NCBI RefSeq assembly: GCF_006345805.1
Contig: NC_043003.1
Coordinates: forward strand, 12,896,001-12,960,000
Direction: 5' to 3'
DNA from: Octopus sinensis
Lineage: Eukaryota
Length of the DNA stretch: 64,000 nt
In this document: piece by piece, positions 62,703 to 64,000 of the stretch
How the letters are laid out: each line of letters opens with the position of its first letter
Position numbering within the stretch: position 1 is the stretch's first letter
Position numbers and translations under genes: made by a program
Notes under the pieces: model-generated
What the model saw: the letters and a program-made list of their open reading frames with translations, nothing else
Database searches by the model: none
Told to the model about the DNA's origin: nothing

Positions 62703-64000
62703 AGGAGCAATTCCATCGGGAGGTACTGAAACAAATACGTCACAAATACGTGCTCTATGTAAAATATATATGCAATATACTAGCTACAAGGCCAAAATAG
62801 TTAAAGCTTCATATCGTTGGTATGATGGTGGTCCAACATTAATATGATGAGGATGATGATGATGACAGCAATAAAGAATATGATGAGGATGAGCATAAGG
62901 ACCATGATGACAATGACAATGAAAAGAATAATGAGGGGGGATGTGTAGGGGAAAATGGTGGTGAAGGATGGTGGTGGAGATGACAGAGATGACAACAATG
63001 ACGTCAGCAGTGTTGATGGCAGTGACAATGACGAAGATGACTATGATGTCGGTGATGATGAAGATGACAATGATGGTGATGATGATGATAGCAACAACAA
63101 ATGTGATGGTGACATTACGACGACGATGACGATGGCAACGATAATGGCAATAACAACAACAGCAACGACGATGGTGACAACAACAGCAACAGGAGGCGCA
63201 ATGGCCCAGTGGTTAGGGCAGCGGACTCGCGGTCGCAAGAACGCGGTTTCAAGTCCCAGACCAGGCATTGTGAGTCTTTATTGAGCAAAAACACCTAAGC
63301 TCCACGAGGCTCCGGCTGTGGGGGTGGATGAACCCCGCTGTACTCTTTCACCACAACTTTCTCTCACTCTTTCTTCCTACTTCTGCTACAAAGCAGAGGA
63401 ACCATGGTGTAACCCACTATGGCGTGGTAAAACTTTCAGACCCTAGTCTAGATTGCGAATCTTCTATACCCCAGGATGGTTCAGCTCTCCACCCGTTGAA
63501 ACCCACCGTTTACAGAATGAGGATAACAACATAGATTTTGCCCCCGTGCAACCATCAGTCTATCGCATGTGGTGGGTGGATCTTCAAGTTGCCACATGCA
63601 TTCTTAGTAGCTTAGAGTAGGCTCGAATTAGAGATCATTCTTTGTGGCTAATGGTGTGAGTCCTGATTGGAAGAAGAAGAAGAAGAAGACAACAACAATA
63701 GCAACAACAACAACAACTACAATAACAACTTCTATTGTAATTATTTGTAATGATGATACAGTCTAAACAGACTTTCAACAATTATATCCTGTTTTTCTTT
63801 GACCTTTACCAAACTGAAAACTTTGCCAGCTACACTATGGAGTAGAGAAAGGATTATACAGGAATAAATTCTTTGATTGACTTTCTGGTTTATCACAAAG
63901 CTCATAGGACAATATATCTCAGAATTCCAGCAATTCCAAGAGCAGCATTTGGATATCTGCCAGATTTATTTGCAGACAATTCACTGTTCTTTGTTGCATT

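Noticed and set aside
62801-63284. Acidic D-rich ORF
   Set aside because: GAT/GAC trinucleotide repeat running into a SINE head, with no splice context.

Overview
Repeat-dense, AT-rich eukaryotic DNA with long introns. The SINE families and microsatellite load point to an octopus or other cephalopod genome (inference). Two convergent genes are supported. (1) On the + strand, the last two coding exons (25846-25958 and 26672-27037) of an unidentified polyQ, LxxLL-containing protein, possibly MED25-like, with a candidate 12-nt microexon at 13126-13137. (2) On the - strand, the last four coding exons of RECQL/RecQ1 (61222-61360, 60472-60569, 56995-57264, 52990-53291), which join in frame through GT-AG introns. 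The rest is mobile DNA: at least five SINE families, RTE, CR1, Dong/R4, Penelope-like and ORF1 LINE relics, a near full-length decayed mariner, Tigger, hAT, piggyBac-like and Kolobok-like MITEs, non-autonomous Helitrons, a 98-bp satellite, many microsatellites and one 100-N gap. Best leads: Penelope-type minimal hammerhead ribozyme motifs, one family of which consistently has U instead of A at core position 6; a hairpin-centred, head-to-head zinc-knuckle ORF1 arrangement at 39.7-42.5 kb; MITE arrays sharing a fixed 23-bp spacer at two loci; fold-back MITEs built from transposon right ends; and a ~310-bp-arm inverted repeat next to a RECQL exon. All calls were made by eye with no database searches. 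Family names rest on remembered motifs, and SINE boundaries are approximate.
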